A DNA stretch of 64,000 nt, taken from Candidatus Nomurabacteria bacterium. GTDB taxonomy: Bacteria; Patescibacteriota; Minisyncoccia; Phycocordibacterales; UBA918. The notes beneath the pieces are model-generated. The model made no database searches. It was given only the letters and a program-made list of their open reading frames with translations, and was not told the DNA's origin. The stretch spans positions 381,912 through 445,911 of the forward strand of contig CP060229.1 of NCBI GenBank assembly GCA_023898585.1. Direction: 5' to 3'. The first letter of the stretch is position 1. Each line of letters opens with the position of its first letter. The translations under genes and the position numbers were made by a program. Positions 18,963-28,678 of the stretch are shown here, piece by piece.

Positions 18963-20240
18963 ATGACGTCAACGAAACAACAGGACATTCTAAGACTTGT
19001 CTTCAAATTGATTTTCTATTTCTCGGTCGTTTTTGTTTTCTGTTTTGTCGTTCTGTTGGTAGTAGGCAAGTTGGGAACGGTTGGGTACGTTGTCGGTGGT
19101 TTGGTTATTATTGCGATGCTCTCGATTTCGTTTTTCCTGTATAAAAAAATAGACTCGCAACTAGCGGTGACAATCTCTCAAACCAATTACACGGAGGACA
19201 GTGCTTTCACTTCTTTGTATGACAGGAGCCCAGTTGCTTATTTGACCATTAAAACCAGCGGTGAAGTAATCGGCGGTAATCCGGCGTCGGTTAAGCTTTT
19301 TCGTGGTACGACAGATTCAATAAATGAAGTAAATTTCTACAATCTGATCCCTATTGATTCGGAGGTTGAACCTTCCATTCTGAAGAGTAAGGTGGACGCC
19401 GGAGTCACTATCAATGACATTGAGACACCGCTTCAGACCTTTGACGGCGAAATAATCTGGGTTTTATTGTCTGTATACAAGCACGGCAGTTACGAAGAAA
19501 GACTAGTGTCTTTGGTTGATGTTACCGAACAGAAACACATCGATACCGCCAAGTCGGAATTTGTCGCTCTGGCCACTCACCAACTGCGCACACCGATATC
19601 TGCTATCCGCTGGAATGTTGAATTGCTTAGGAATGATATGAAGGATAGTCAGACAGAAAAGCAAACTCGTTACTTAACCAAAATAGAAAGGAATGTTATA
19701 AGAATGATCAATCTGATCAATGACTTTCTCAGTGTCTCCAAGTTGGAGATGGGCACTTTTGCCACTAAGGATGAAGATATTGTTTTGAGCGATTTCTTTT
19801 CCAGTATTGTTGATGAATTCATAGAGAAAATAAACGAAAAGAATATTACAATCAACAGAAGTGAGTCATCTTCGAGTCTTACGATAAGAGCTGACAGTCG
19901 TCTCTTCCATATTATTGTCAGTAATCTTGTATCCAATGCTGTTAAGTATTTAAACCCAGGAGGCAACTTGAATTTGTCTTTTGAGTTAAAGGGTGATCAA
20001 TTGGAACTAGTGGTTGCCGACAACGGAATCGGCATTCCCGAGCCGGAGGTAGAAAAATTGTTTATTAAATTTTATCGGGCAAGTAATGCACAAGCACACC
20101 AAACAGAAGGCACCGGCCTTGGTTTATATATCGTAAAACAGTCAGTTGAAAGACTGGGGGGTGTTATAAGGGTGGAAACCGCGGAAGACAAAGGGGCGCG
20201 ATTTATAGTCAACATTCCCGCACAGGTGGTGTCCAATTGA
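18963..20240 (+). CDS. membrane sensor histidine kinase (TM, PAS-like, HisKA, HATPase_c)
   Basis: H-box ATHQLRTPISAI. N/G boxes DNGIGIPEPE, GTGLGLYIVKQ. Confidence 0.8.
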   Translation: MTSTKQQDILRLVFKLIFYFSVVFVFCFVVLLVVGKLGTVGYVVGGLVIIAMLSISFFLYKKIDSQLAVTISQTNYTEDSAFTSLYDRSPVAYLTIKTSGEVIGGNPASVKLFRGTTDSINEVNFYNLIPIDSEVEPSILKSKVDAGVTINDIETPLQTFDGEIIWVLLSVYKHGSYEERLVSLVDVTEQKHIDTAKSEFVALATHQLRTPISAIRWNVELLRNDMKDSQTEKQTRYLTKIERNVIRMINLINDFLSVSKLEMGTFATKDEDIVLSDFFSSIVDEFIEKINEKNITINRSESSSSLTIRADSRLFHIIVSNLVSNAVKYLNPGGNLNLSFELKGDQLELVVADNGIGIPEPEVEKLFIKFYRASNAQAHQTEGTGLGLYIVKQSVERLGGVIRVETAEDKGARFIVNIPAQVVSN

Positions 20241-20262
20241 TAAATCGGTTAAGATCAAGGTT

Positions 20263-21177
20263 ATGAAAATCCCTGGTAAATTTCAGCTGATAGGCCTTTT
20301 GCTTGTCTTGCTATTTCTTTCCTTTCCCGTGCAAATGTATGCGCAAGTAAAATCGGAAGTAGCAGGTGAAGAAGCGTATCGGGCGGTTTTGTTCCAATTG
20401 ATTGAGACACTGCAAAAACAAATCTTATCTTTACAAAATCAAATTGATCGACAATCTGAAAAAAATGAAGAAGAAGTTAAGGGATTGAAGGGGGTCGTGG
20501 ATATTGAAGCTGTCTACCGGGTTGATGATGTTGAGGACTTGGAAAAAATCAGAACCAAAGAGCATAAGGAATATTTCAAGAGAGTATTCGATATCTTTCC
20601 TGATAATTACGACAACAAGCTTAGAGAGTTGATTGTTTTTGCCGGCGATGGAAACGAGTTTGATGCTTTTGTGGAAACCTTACCGCCCACTCACACTAGC
20701 TGGCTTTATGCTGTAAGTAGTGAGGTGTTTGATATTGAAGATTCTCTTCCTAATACAGAATTGATAGTACACGAATTGGGACACATTGTTTCTTACGAAG
20801 AGGACATCAACATACCTCAATCTCGCTCTTATGAATGTGATCCATATTTTGACATTCGCGGTTGTCCGGCGGAAAATTCATACCTTAACCAATTTGCCGA
20901 AAAGTTCTGGTCTCCATCTGACTTAACCAGAGCCAGCCGATATGCGACCAAAGAAAATACCTCCGAAGAAGTTTTGGTTTACTATAAAAAACACAAAAAC
21001 GAATATGTCAGCGATTATGCCACTTACAATCCGGAAGAAGACTTTGCTGAATCTTTCACCTTTTTTGTTTTAGGAAAAGTGTTGCTAAAAGGATCGGTGG
21101 CCAGAGAAAAGGTGGATTTCTTCTCAGACTACGAGGAGTTAGAAAATATACAAAAAGAAATCGGAACAAGGTTGTAG
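20263..21177 (+). CDS. secreted HExxH-motif protein (putative zinc metallopeptidase)
   Basis: Signal peptide. HELGH motif. Confidence 0.5.
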   Translation: MKIPGKFQLIGLLLVLLFLSFPVQMYAQVKSEVAGEEAYRAVLFQLIETLQKQILSLQNQIDRQSEKNEEEVKGLKGVVDIEAVYRVDDVEDLEKIRTKEHKEYFKRVFDIFPDNYDNKLRELIVFAGDGNEFDAFVETLPPTHTSWLYAVSSEVFDIEDSLPNTELIVHELGHIVSYEEDINIPQSRSYECDPYFDIRGCPAENSYLNQFAEKFWSPSDLTRASRYATKENTSEEVLVYYKKHKNEYVSDYATYNPEEDFAESFTFFVLGKVLLKGSVAREKVDFFSDYEELENIQKEIGTRL

Positions 21178-21390
21178 AAGGTACAGTATTCGTCGACCAT
21201 AAAAGGGGACATCGCTTGCGCATTGCTCCAAACCATTGACAATAATTAAAAACCATGTAGTATATGTTTGCTGGCAAGACCGGCGATTCATTAAAAAATG
21301 AGTCGAAGTACCTAAAAAACATGGACTCCAGGCGGAGTCAAAGGGACATAGTCTCAAAAAGAAAAGGGTCGGAGGACTTCTAAAAAACTC

Positions 21391-21423
21391 AAAGGCCGGA
21401 ATACAATGCAGTACCGGCCTTTT
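21391..21423 (+). terminator. hairpin aaaggccgg/ccggccttt followed by T-run
   Basis: 9-bp perfect stem plus tttt. Confidence 0.55.
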
Positions 21424-21532
21424 ATAATTGTTTTTTCGGTGCTGTATTGAGCAAATAGTTTCAAGAAGCGAAGTTACTGTCAAATTAACAATTCGACTGA
21501 ATCCTTGCAACGACAATGTGGCGGGACGTTTT

Positions 21533-22411
21533 CTAATCAATAGCTTGTGAACACCTCTCTAGTAATTGGACTGGTTTCACCAAGTTAATACCGAAGTGAT
21601 GTCGATCGTTCACATAGTGAGCAAGGTACTTCGGGAGATGCTGATTGATCACTCGATGGTCAACCGGTAGTGCGTCCAGACACTCTTCCCGCAGAGTCCG
21701 GTTAAAGCGTTCAACGTGAGCATTGTCATTGGACTTCCTAACCCGGGTATGTCGATGACGTATTTGTATACGCTCCGTAAAGTGGGTACTGAACTCACTC
21801 CCATTGTCCGTTTGTACACACTGAAACAGAAACGGTGCTGCCACTTGAGCTTGTTTAATGAAGTCTGTGGCGGTACGACAGTTGGCTCTTGTATAGCAAC
21901 GAGCATAGGCCCACCTCGAGTACACATCAATACAGGTGAAGACATACAGTACCGTCTTGCCTTGCACCGCCAGATGTACCGTATCGGCTTGTATTAAGGC
22001 TCCTGGAGCGTTAACTAATGGTCGTGGACTTGGTGGGTGATATCGCTTCCACGGACTCCGTTTCTTGGTATAGCCACCTCGGTCTAGAGTACGCTTCACG
22101 GTACTTAGTGATACATGAATGCCATTCTCTGCCAGTACCCGGTGTACCACTTCCGATGATCGTTTGGTACGCAAACGAACGTCAACAATCTTTTCGACCA
22201 ACCCATTGTCTAACGTCCGATGACTATGTTTAGGTCGACTGCTCTTTGTGGGAATAGGGTGAAGACCAATGACTTTAGCTTTCTTGCGCCACTCCACAAT
22301 CGCTCCTGGTGAGAAACCGAAGTGCCTGGCAGCACACCGTACTCCGTGTTTATTGGCAAACAATACAGCGTCTCTACGAATCTTGGGCATCTTAGGATTG
22401 GTTGTGTACAT
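21533..22411 (-). CDS. IS481-family transposase (HTH plus rve integrase core, DDE)
   Basis: IQADTVHL (D), VQTDNGSEF (D), NDNAHVERFNRTLREE (E) rve motifs. 292 aa. Confidence 0.8.
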   Translation of the reverse strand: MYTTNPKMPKIRRDAVLFANKHGVRCAARHFGFSPGAIVEWRKKAKVIGLHPIPTKSSRPKHSHRTLDNGLVEKIVDVRLRTKRSSEVVHRVLAENGIHVSLSTVKRTLDRGGYTKKRSPWKRYHPPSPRPLVNAPGALIQADTVHLAVQGKTVLYVFTCIDVYSRWAYARCYTRANCRTATDFIKQAQVAAPFLFQCVQTDNGSEFSTHFTERIQIRHRHTRVRKSNDNAHVERFNRTLREECLDALPVDHRVINQHLPKYLAHYVNDRHHFGINLVKPVQLLERCSQAID

Positions 22412-22449
22412 GACACTAGTTTAAGTGACTAGTGTTCACAAGCTATTGA
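21537..22449 (-). mobile_element. IS481-family insertion sequence with 18-bp terminal inverted repeats (tcaatagcttgtgaacac)
   Basis: Inverted repeat at 21537-21554, and its reverse complement at 22432-22449, enclose the transposase. Confidence 0.7.
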
Positions 22450-22526
22450 ACCATTACGCGGGGGTTGACAAATAGAATTTTATGTGCTACCTTGTTGTTT
22501 GAGTCAAACCATTTTGGAGGTAACAA

Positions 22527-22802
22527 ATGTATTTTGGAATCATGCATGGAGCGAAAGCACACCTATTCACTCCAGGAGCCTCAGCAGAAGTTGTGTACAA
22601 AGCACAAAAGCTTCAGGCCACAATCATAGAGCATGACGGTCGTCATAGCGTTATTGTGAAGCTTAATGAACCTATTCTTCGGGTGATCATTACAGTGACC
22701 AAGCGCTTGTTTCGTAGTGACCTCGAGGAGGAAAGTGTCGAATGGATCGAAGAACTCTCCCTTTGGGAGGATGACGTGACGCCACTTAATGATGTTCAAT
22801 AA
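22527..22802 (+). CDS. hypothetical protein (91 aa)
   Basis: GGAGGT SD at good spacing. TTGACA promoter upstream. Confidence 0.45.
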   Translation: MYFGIMHGAKAHLFTPGASAEVVYKAQKLQATIIEHDGRHSVIVKLNEPILRVIITVTKRLFRSDLEEESVEWIEELSLWEDDVTPLNDVQ

Positions 22803-22931
22803 TTAACGTCTTTCATGAAAAACGTGGGAGGCGTTTTTCTGTTTAAAATTTAGTTAAAAAAATCAAATCTTGTTCTCGAACCTTCGAAACTATTAACTTT
22901 CAACCTTGACATTCTTCAAAAATAAAGTATT

Positions 22932-23270
22932 ATGCTGAGACATTTTATGCGCCTTTTTCTTGTTACATTCGGTTTTTTTATCGTTTCACCCACCTTGGCT
23001 TTCGCTAAGGTGCCGGATATTTACACCAACGAAAACTATATAAACAGCACGCATGATGAACCGGCAACGTTTTACCTAGATGGCTGGGGTGGCTTCTACG
23101 GCACCACTATCTCCGGTCGTCTTTTCACTCAGAAACCTGTTACAAATACCGAAGGAGTTCGTTTGCACAAATTCCAAATTGATCAAGCTTACTACTACGT
23201 GAGTGACAAAGGCACTATTTGGGCTGGCTCGGATTTGGAAGCGCTTTCCATATACTGGACCCTTGTTTAG
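22932..23270 (+). CDS. secreted hypothetical protein
   Basis: Signal peptide MLRHFMRLFLVTFGFFIVSPTLAFA. Confidence 0.45.
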   Translation: MLRHFMRLFLVTFGFFIVSPTLAFAKVPDIYTNENYINSTHDEPATFYLDGWGGFYGTTISGRLFTQKPVTNTEGVRLHKFQIDQAYYYVSDKGTIWAGSDLEALSIYWTLV

Positions 23271-23333
23271 AGTGATTTTTTGTCACTGACAACTCGTCAG
23301 TTTAATCGAAGCATGAAAAGACAGGTAAACTGC

Positions 23334-24068
23334 CTACTCACTTCGATATCGATCAACAAATCTTTTTAGTATTTGATTGGCGTATGGAGTGGATTCTTTT
23401 TTTATAACTTCAATCAAATTATTGGCAGTCTCCGCGGGGAAGTAACCGTGGTGTTTATAGGCGTTGATACGAACAATAAACCCTGACGAATCGCCTTCGG
23501 GATGAAACTGGGTGGCGTAAACATTTTGACCGACTCGAAACATCTGTACCGGACAAGTATCACTTGAGGCCAAAAGTACGCTTCCCGGAGGAACGTCATC
23601 GCATGCCTCTTTATGTCCCAACAAGACCCTGATTGTGTTGGGGAAATGAGTAAGTAGAGGATCATCTCTACCTTCTTTAGTTAGTGTAATATCTTTTCCC
23701 CCTACCGCTTCATTGTACTTTCCAGAGATTGATACACCTAGATAACTGCCAAGCAGACCGGCTCCGGAACAGGCACCTAAGAAGGGAAAGTCTTCGCCCA
23801 CCACTTTCTTCAATAGGAGTTTGAAATCGGACTCAACCTTTTTTTGAATAGCGCTTTTTTCTTCGCTTGGTTTGCTGATATCAAACGGACTACCTCCGAC
23901 AATAATTGCAAAATAGTCAGCTAAGTTTAGTTTCGGAATCCCGCTTTTTTCCGCTCTTAATCTCGTCACCTCATTTTCTTTTAGTCCGCTAAACTTGAGT
24001 ATCGACTCGAATTCATTATCAGAAGTATCGTCTTCCGGGCGCAGTTGGATGATAAGACAAGTTTTCAT
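23334..24068 (-). CDS. class I glutamine amidotransferase-like protein
   Basis: GACSGAGLL (nucleophile Cys) and FHPE (His-Pro-Glu) motifs. Confidence 0.65.
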   Translation of the reverse strand: MKTCLIIQLRPEDDTSDNEFESILKFSGLKENEVTRLRAEKSGIPKLNLADYFAIIVGGSPFDISKPSEEKSAIQKKVESDFKLLLKKVVGEDFPFLGACSGAGLLGSYLGVSISGKYNEAVGGKDITLTKEGRDDPLLTHFPNTIRVLLGHKEACDDVPPGSVLLASSDTCPVQMFRVGQNVYATQFHPEGDSSGFIVRINAYKHHGYFPAETANNLIEVIKKESTPYANQILKRFVDRYRSE

Positions 24069-24180
24069 AGAAAATCAGTATAACAAGTAAATCTACAATA
24101 TAAAGATTAAGGAAGAGCGTCCTATAGAGTCCATAACAAGGAATTTTACAATACCCCCTAGGGGGTATATAATATTTTTC

Positions 24181-24450
24181 ATGTCTCACGAAATAAATAA
24201 GAGTAAATTAATAAGAAGACTGAAACTTATCGAAGGCCAGGTGCGAGGTTTACAACGGATGATAGAAAAAGACACGTACTGCATTGATGTTATTACTCAG
24301 ACTTCGTCTGTAAAGCAGGCTCTGTCCAACGTGGAAGATATCTTGCTCAAAGATCACCTTTCTCATTGTTTGGTTAATCAGATTAAGGAAGGGAAGGTGG
24401 AAAAGGCGAGGGACGAAATACTGAAGGTTTACCAATTAAAACGGAAATGA
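24181..24450 (+). CDS. csoR: CsoR/RcnR-family metal-sensing transcriptional repressor
   Basis: ~89 aa with RLKLIEGQVRGLQRMIEKDTYCIDVITQ...HLSHC. Directly upstream of copA with 4-bp overlap. Confidence 0.75.
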   Translation: MSHEINKSKLIRRLKLIEGQVRGLQRMIEKDTYCIDVITQTSSVKQALSNVEDILLKDHLSHCLVNQIKEGKVEKARDEILKVYQLKRK

Positions 24451-26684
24451 GTATGGCCACTTACCGGATTAAAGGCATGCACTGCGCCAGCTGTGCCACA
24501 ATTATCGAAAAGACTCTAAAGAAACAAGATGGAGTCAAGTCGGTTGTTGTCAGTTTTGGTACGGAAACCGCTCAAATAGAACATGATTTAGACTTGGCTC
24601 CTCTAAGTAAATTATCAGATTCATTGTCTAAGTATGGCTATTCTCTAAGTGATGAAGCGCTGAAAAGCAAAGGTGGTGAGGGAGAGTATTCGGAACTAAA
24701 TTCATTAAGAAGAAAAGCGCTAGCAAGTATTCCACTGGTTATATTGTCCGTCCTCATGATGGTCTGGGAGATATTTGGTTCCGACACCGGTCTTATCCCA
24801 TCCGTGCCGGAAGATTACATGCCGACCATCAGGTACTTGATGTTGGTAGTCGCCACCTACATGTTATTTTTTGTCGGTCGACCATATCTGGCGGGAGTGG
24901 TGCGTTTTGTTAAGTATCGAGTAGCCAACATGGATACTTTGGTCGGTCTTGGCACGAGCGTTGCATATTTTTTCAGCCTCGTCGTTGTGCTTTTTAACGA
25001 CCGGCTTTCGCCTTATCTTGATACCGGTGTTGTCTACTTTGACGCGACGATAATTGTGATTGGTCTTATTACGCTCGGAAAATTCCTTGAGGTCCGTGCC
25101 AAGTCACATACCAGTGACGCCTTAAAAAAATTGATTGGCTTGCAAGAAAAAATAGCCGTCGTGATACGTGACGGAAAGGAAGAGGTTGTTCCGGTTGGTG
25201 AAGTTGCGTTAGGAGACGTTGTCCTTATAAAGCCCGGAATGAGATTGCCGGTGGATGGCACTATCATTAAAGGTAGCTCTGACGTGGATGAATCAATGTT
25301 AACCGGCGAACCTCTACCTGTTTTTCGTGAGAGTGGATCAAAAGTTAGTGCCGGGACAGTCAATACGACCGGCTCGTTTACCATGAGAGCCGATAGTATC
25401 GGTTCCGACACTTTGTTGGCGCATATCGTTAAGCTTGTCAGTGACGCCCAAGGATCAAAAGCACCAATTGAGAAATTGGCGGATAAAATTTCCAGCGTTT
25501 TTGTGCCGATAGTTTTGGTCGTTGCTATTGTTTCTTTTCTAGCTTGGTTAACGCTCGGATCTTCCTCTTTAGTACAAGCGTTACCTTTGGCAGTAGTCGC
25601 TTTTGTTTCAGTTTTGGTGATTGCTTGTCCTTGTGCACTTGGTTTGGCTACGCCAACCGCTATCATGGTGGGGGTAGGTAAGGGAGCGGAGAAAGGTGTC
25701 TTGATAAAGAACGCCACTTCACTGGAAACTCTTTCCAAGATTGATACCATCATTCTCGACAAAACAGGAACTCTAACTGAAGGTAAGCCGAAAGTGCTTT
25801 CTTGGAGTGTAAATTCCGACCATGAGGAGAGGGTAGCCAAGGCGGTGTATGTGCTTGAGAAAAGATCGGAACATCCACTGGCGGAAGCCATTGTTACTTA
25901 TTTGAAGGACTATCACTCGGAAGTCGATGTCAAAGATTTCAATACTTCTCCCGGCAAGGGTCTAAGCGGGGTTGTCGATGGAGTTGAATATTATATAGGC
26001 CGAATTGAATACGCAAGAGAACTTAGAATCCGGTTGTCAGAAGACGAAATTGAAAAAGTCACTTCTTTGGGACAAACACCGGTCGTTGTACTAAGTAACA
26101 ACAAACACTTAGCAACTATCGGTCTCGGCGATTCGGTTAAGAAGGGAGCTAAGGATTCCATCTCGCGGTTAAAAGAAATGAACATCAAAGTCGTCCTAGC
26201 GACCGGTGATCATGAAGGTTCGGCAAAGGTTATAGCAAAAGAAGTAGGTATTGAAAACGTGCAGGCCGGACTTTTGCCGGAGGCCAAACTCGATGTAGTA
26301 AATAAAGAGAAATCTAACGGGAAGAAAGTGGCTATGGTTGGGGACGGGGTTAACGATGCTCCCGCCTTAGCCACTTCTGATGTTTCAGTGGCAATGGCGA
26401 CCGGAACAGACGTGTCAATCGAAGCGAGTGATATTACTTTGCTTCATGGCGACATTACTAAGCTTATATCTGCTGTTGTCTTGTCTAGAGTTACCATGAG
26501 AACGGTCAAACAAAATCTTTTTTGGGCTTTTGCGTATAATACTCTAGGTATCCCGCTTGCTACCGGTTTGTTTTATCCGTTTTTCGGTTGGCTTCTTTCT
26601 CCGGCCTTTGCTGGCACTGCCATGGCTTTGTCCAGCGTTTCGGTGGTCGGTAATTCTTTGCGTTTAAAAACTAAAAAAATATGA
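24447..26684 (+). CDS. copA: copper-translocating P1B-type ATPase
   Basis: N-terminal HMA (GMHCASCA), CPC motif, DKTGTLT, GDGVNDAP. Confidence 0.9.
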   Translation: MSMATYRIKGMHCASCATIIEKTLKKQDGVKSVVVSFGTETAQIEHDLDLAPLSKLSDSLSKYGYSLSDEALKSKGGEGEYSELNSLRRKALASIPLVILSVLMMVWEIFGSDTGLIPSVPEDYMPTIRYLMLVVATYMLFFVGRPYLAGVVRFVKYRVANMDTLVGLGTSVAYFFSLVVVLFNDRLSPYLDTGVVYFDATIIVIGLITLGKFLEVRAKSHTSDALKKLIGLQEKIAVVIRDGKEEVVPVGEVALGDVVLIKPGMRLPVDGTIIKGSSDVDESMLTGEPLPVFRESGSKVSAGTVNTTGSFTMRADSIGSDTLLAHIVKLVSDAQGSKAPIEKLADKISSVFVPIVLVVAIVSFLAWLTLGSSSLVQALPLAVVAFVSVLVIACPCALGLATPTAIMVGVGKGAEKGVLIKNATSLETLSKIDTIILDKTGTLTEGKPKVLSWSVNSDHEERVAKAVYVLEKRSEHPLAEAIVTYLKDYHSEVDVKDFNTSPGKGLSGVVDGVEYYIGRIEYARELRIRLSEDEIEKVTSLGQTPVVVLSNNKHLATIGLGDSVKKGAKDSISRLKEMNIKVVLATGDHEGSAKVIAKEVGIENVQAGLLPEAKLDVVNKEKSNGKKVAMVGDGVNDAPALATSDVSVAMATGTDVSIEASDITLLHGDITKLISAVVLSRVTMRTVKQNLFWAFAYNTLGIPLATGLFYPFFGWLLSPAFAGTAMALSSVSVVGNSLRLKTKKI

Positions 26685-27700
26685 GCAATTCAAAAATAAT
26701 CACCCTACACATTGCCGGGACTCACTGCAATGCCTGCAAACATTTAATTGAAGATGTCATGTCAGAAGAAAAGAATCTCAGTGAAGTAAAAGTGTCGCTA
26801 AAAGATGAAACCATTTCGTTTACTACAACATTGGGAAATACTAGGGAAGAACTGGCCGGTATGCTAACTTCTATTCTCAGTAAACATAACTACAGCGTAC
26901 ATGTCGAAAGACAGGAAACAAAAAAACTGAAAGATGAATGGACCTGCGCGATAGTACTTGTGTTTGTCGCGATACTTGGTTTTGTTTTGCTCGAAAAAAC
27001 CGGCCTGGCTTCATCTGTTAGTTTGAACGAAACCACCTTCACAACCGCTTTTGTGGTTGGTTTGGTAGCCTCTGTCTCCACTTGTTTGGCGGTTGTTGGT
27101 GGACTGGTTCTTTCCGTTTCGGCGACTTATGCTCATGAAGGAAAAGGATGGCGACCGCAAGCTTTATTCCACATTGGTCGGTTGGCCGGTTTCTTTTTGC
27201 TTGGTGGGTTGTTGGGAGCGCTTGGTGAAATAATGCATATCGGGATCTATGGCAGTGCAGTACTTGGAGGACTGGTCAGCGTGGTGATGGTTGTGCTCGG
27301 AATCCATTTGCTTGATGTGACAAAAAAAGTAAGGATGTTCACTTTGCCTAAAAGCGTCTCAACATTTTTCACTGAAATTGCACATAAAACAGGCGTCTTC
27401 GCTCCGGTGTTGCTTGGAGTTGCTACTTTTTTTCTCCCTTGCGGTTTTACGCAGTCAATGCAGATAGTTGCGCTTTCGTCCGGAAGTTTCTTCACCGGTT
27501 CTCTCGCAATGCTCATGTTCGCTTTAGGTACTTTGCCGGTGTTAGCGCTATTATCCTTCGGTTCGCTCGATTTGGCTAAAAGTCGATTCAAAGGGGTGTT
27601 TTTCAAAACAGCCGGTCTCTTGGTTATACTTTTCGCTTTGTTCAATCTCCATAACACATTAGTCATTTTTAGTATCATTACACCAATAATTAGTTTTTAG
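26681..27700 (+). CDS. HMA-domain protein fused to polytopic membrane domain (CcdA/DsbD_2- or TauE-like), probable metal handling
   Basis: N-terminal HMA-like GTHCNACK. Six or more TMs with Cys in TM segments (VSTCLAV, FLPCGF). Confidence 0.5.
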   Translation: MSNSKIITLHIAGTHCNACKHLIEDVMSEEKNLSEVKVSLKDETISFTTTLGNTREELAGMLTSILSKHNYSVHVERQETKKLKDEWTCAIVLVFVAILGFVLLEKTGLASSVSLNETTFTTAFVVGLVASVSTCLAVVGGLVLSVSATYAHEGKGWRPQALFHIGRLAGFFLLGGLLGALGEIMHIGIYGSAVLGGLVSVVMVVLGIHLLDVTKKVRMFTLPKSVSTFFTEIAHKTGVFAPVLLGVATFFLPCGFTQSMQIVALSSGSFFTGSLAMLMFALGTLPVLALLSFGSLDLAKSRFKGVFFKTAGLLVILFALFNLHNTLVIFSIITPIISF

Positions 27701-27701
27701 T

Positions 27702-28115
27702 ATGCAAACAAAACATATAGCCGTAATAATCTTGGGAGTTGGTCTGCTGATTGGAATCAGCGCCATGTCAAGGAATAATTCTTTTCCGGCCGATATAGAT
27801 GCTAGTAATACCGGCGGAATAGCCGGTGCTGAGGCGGTTGTGGAAGATGGCGTTCAGTACATCGACATAACCGCAAGAGGTGGATATTTTCCAAGGGTCA
27901 CCAAGGCCAAAGCCGGCGTGGAGACGGTCATTCGCGTGAGAACCGAAGGTACCTATGATTGTTCTAGTGCCTTGGTGATACCTGATATTGGTTATCAGTC
28001 ATATCTTAAACAAACGGGAGTGGAAGAAATCAAGATTCCGCTTGAAAAGACCAAAGGCAAACTTCGAGGTATGTGTTCGATGGCGATGTACCAATTTGAA
28101 GTCGATTTTGAATAA
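27702..28115 (+). CDS. membrane-anchored cupredoxin-like domain protein
   Basis: TM anchor plus a Cupredoxin_1-like sequence (YIDITARGGYFP...). The last gene of the copper operon. Confidence 0.55.
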   Translation: MQTKHIAVIILGVGLLIGISAMSRNNSFPADIDASNTGGIAGAEAVVEDGVQYIDITARGGYFPRVTKAKAGVETVIRVRTEGTYDCSSALVIPDIGYQSYLKQTGVEEIKIPLEKTKGKLRGMCSMAMYQFEVDFE

Positions 28116-28249
28116 ACTGCTCGTTTAAATAAGGCTTAAAACAAAGCCAAAAATATACAACTACGAGAAAATCGTGCCACGTGTACACACTAATATTTTG
28201 TGGTATAATGGTCGTGTCGAGAGAGGTTTTATAAGTTTTGTAATCTTAA

Positions 28250-28678
28250 TTGTTTATGTCACTTATTAAATGGGAACCTTTTGAAGAGTTTGATCGTGTC
28301 TTTAGGGATATGTCAACTTTACCTTCACTCAAGATGTCGAATATGAATTTTGATCTTGCGTGCGATGTTTATGAAGACGGAGATAATCTGGTTGCTGAAA
28401 TGAATTTGCCGGGGTTGGATGCGGATTCGATAGATGTTGAGATAGAAGAAAATCATCTTCGCGTGTCCGGTAAAAGGGAGGAAATTCAAGAAAAGAAAGA
28501 GAAGAACCATTACACCAAAGAAATAAAACGCGGTTCTTTTGAGAGACTTGTCCCGCTTCCAAACCCTGTTAAAAAAGATGCTGTCGAGGCAGAGTATTCC
28601 GAAGGTGTACTTAAAGTCACTATGCCGAAACGAGAAGCCAGTGAAGACAAAAGGATCAAAGTGAAAGTGAAGAAGTGA
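28250..28678 (+). CDS. Hsp20/alpha-crystallin small heat-shock protein
   Basis: Alpha-crystallin-domain signature (DVYEDGDNLVAEMNLPGLDADSIDVEIEENHLRVSGKRE). Confidence 0.8.
   Translation: MFMSLIKWEPFEEFDRVFRDMSTLPSLKMSNMNFDLACDVYEDGDNLVAEMNLPGLDADSIDVEIEENHLRVSGKREEIQEKKEKNHYTKEIKRGSFERLVPLPNPVKKDAVEAEYSEGVLKVTMPKREASEDKRIKVKVKK

Noticed and set aside
25034-25891. 285-aa minus-strand ORF
   Set aside because: Antisense to the well-supported copA P-type ATPase. Composition is Ser/Thr/Ala-rich low complexity.
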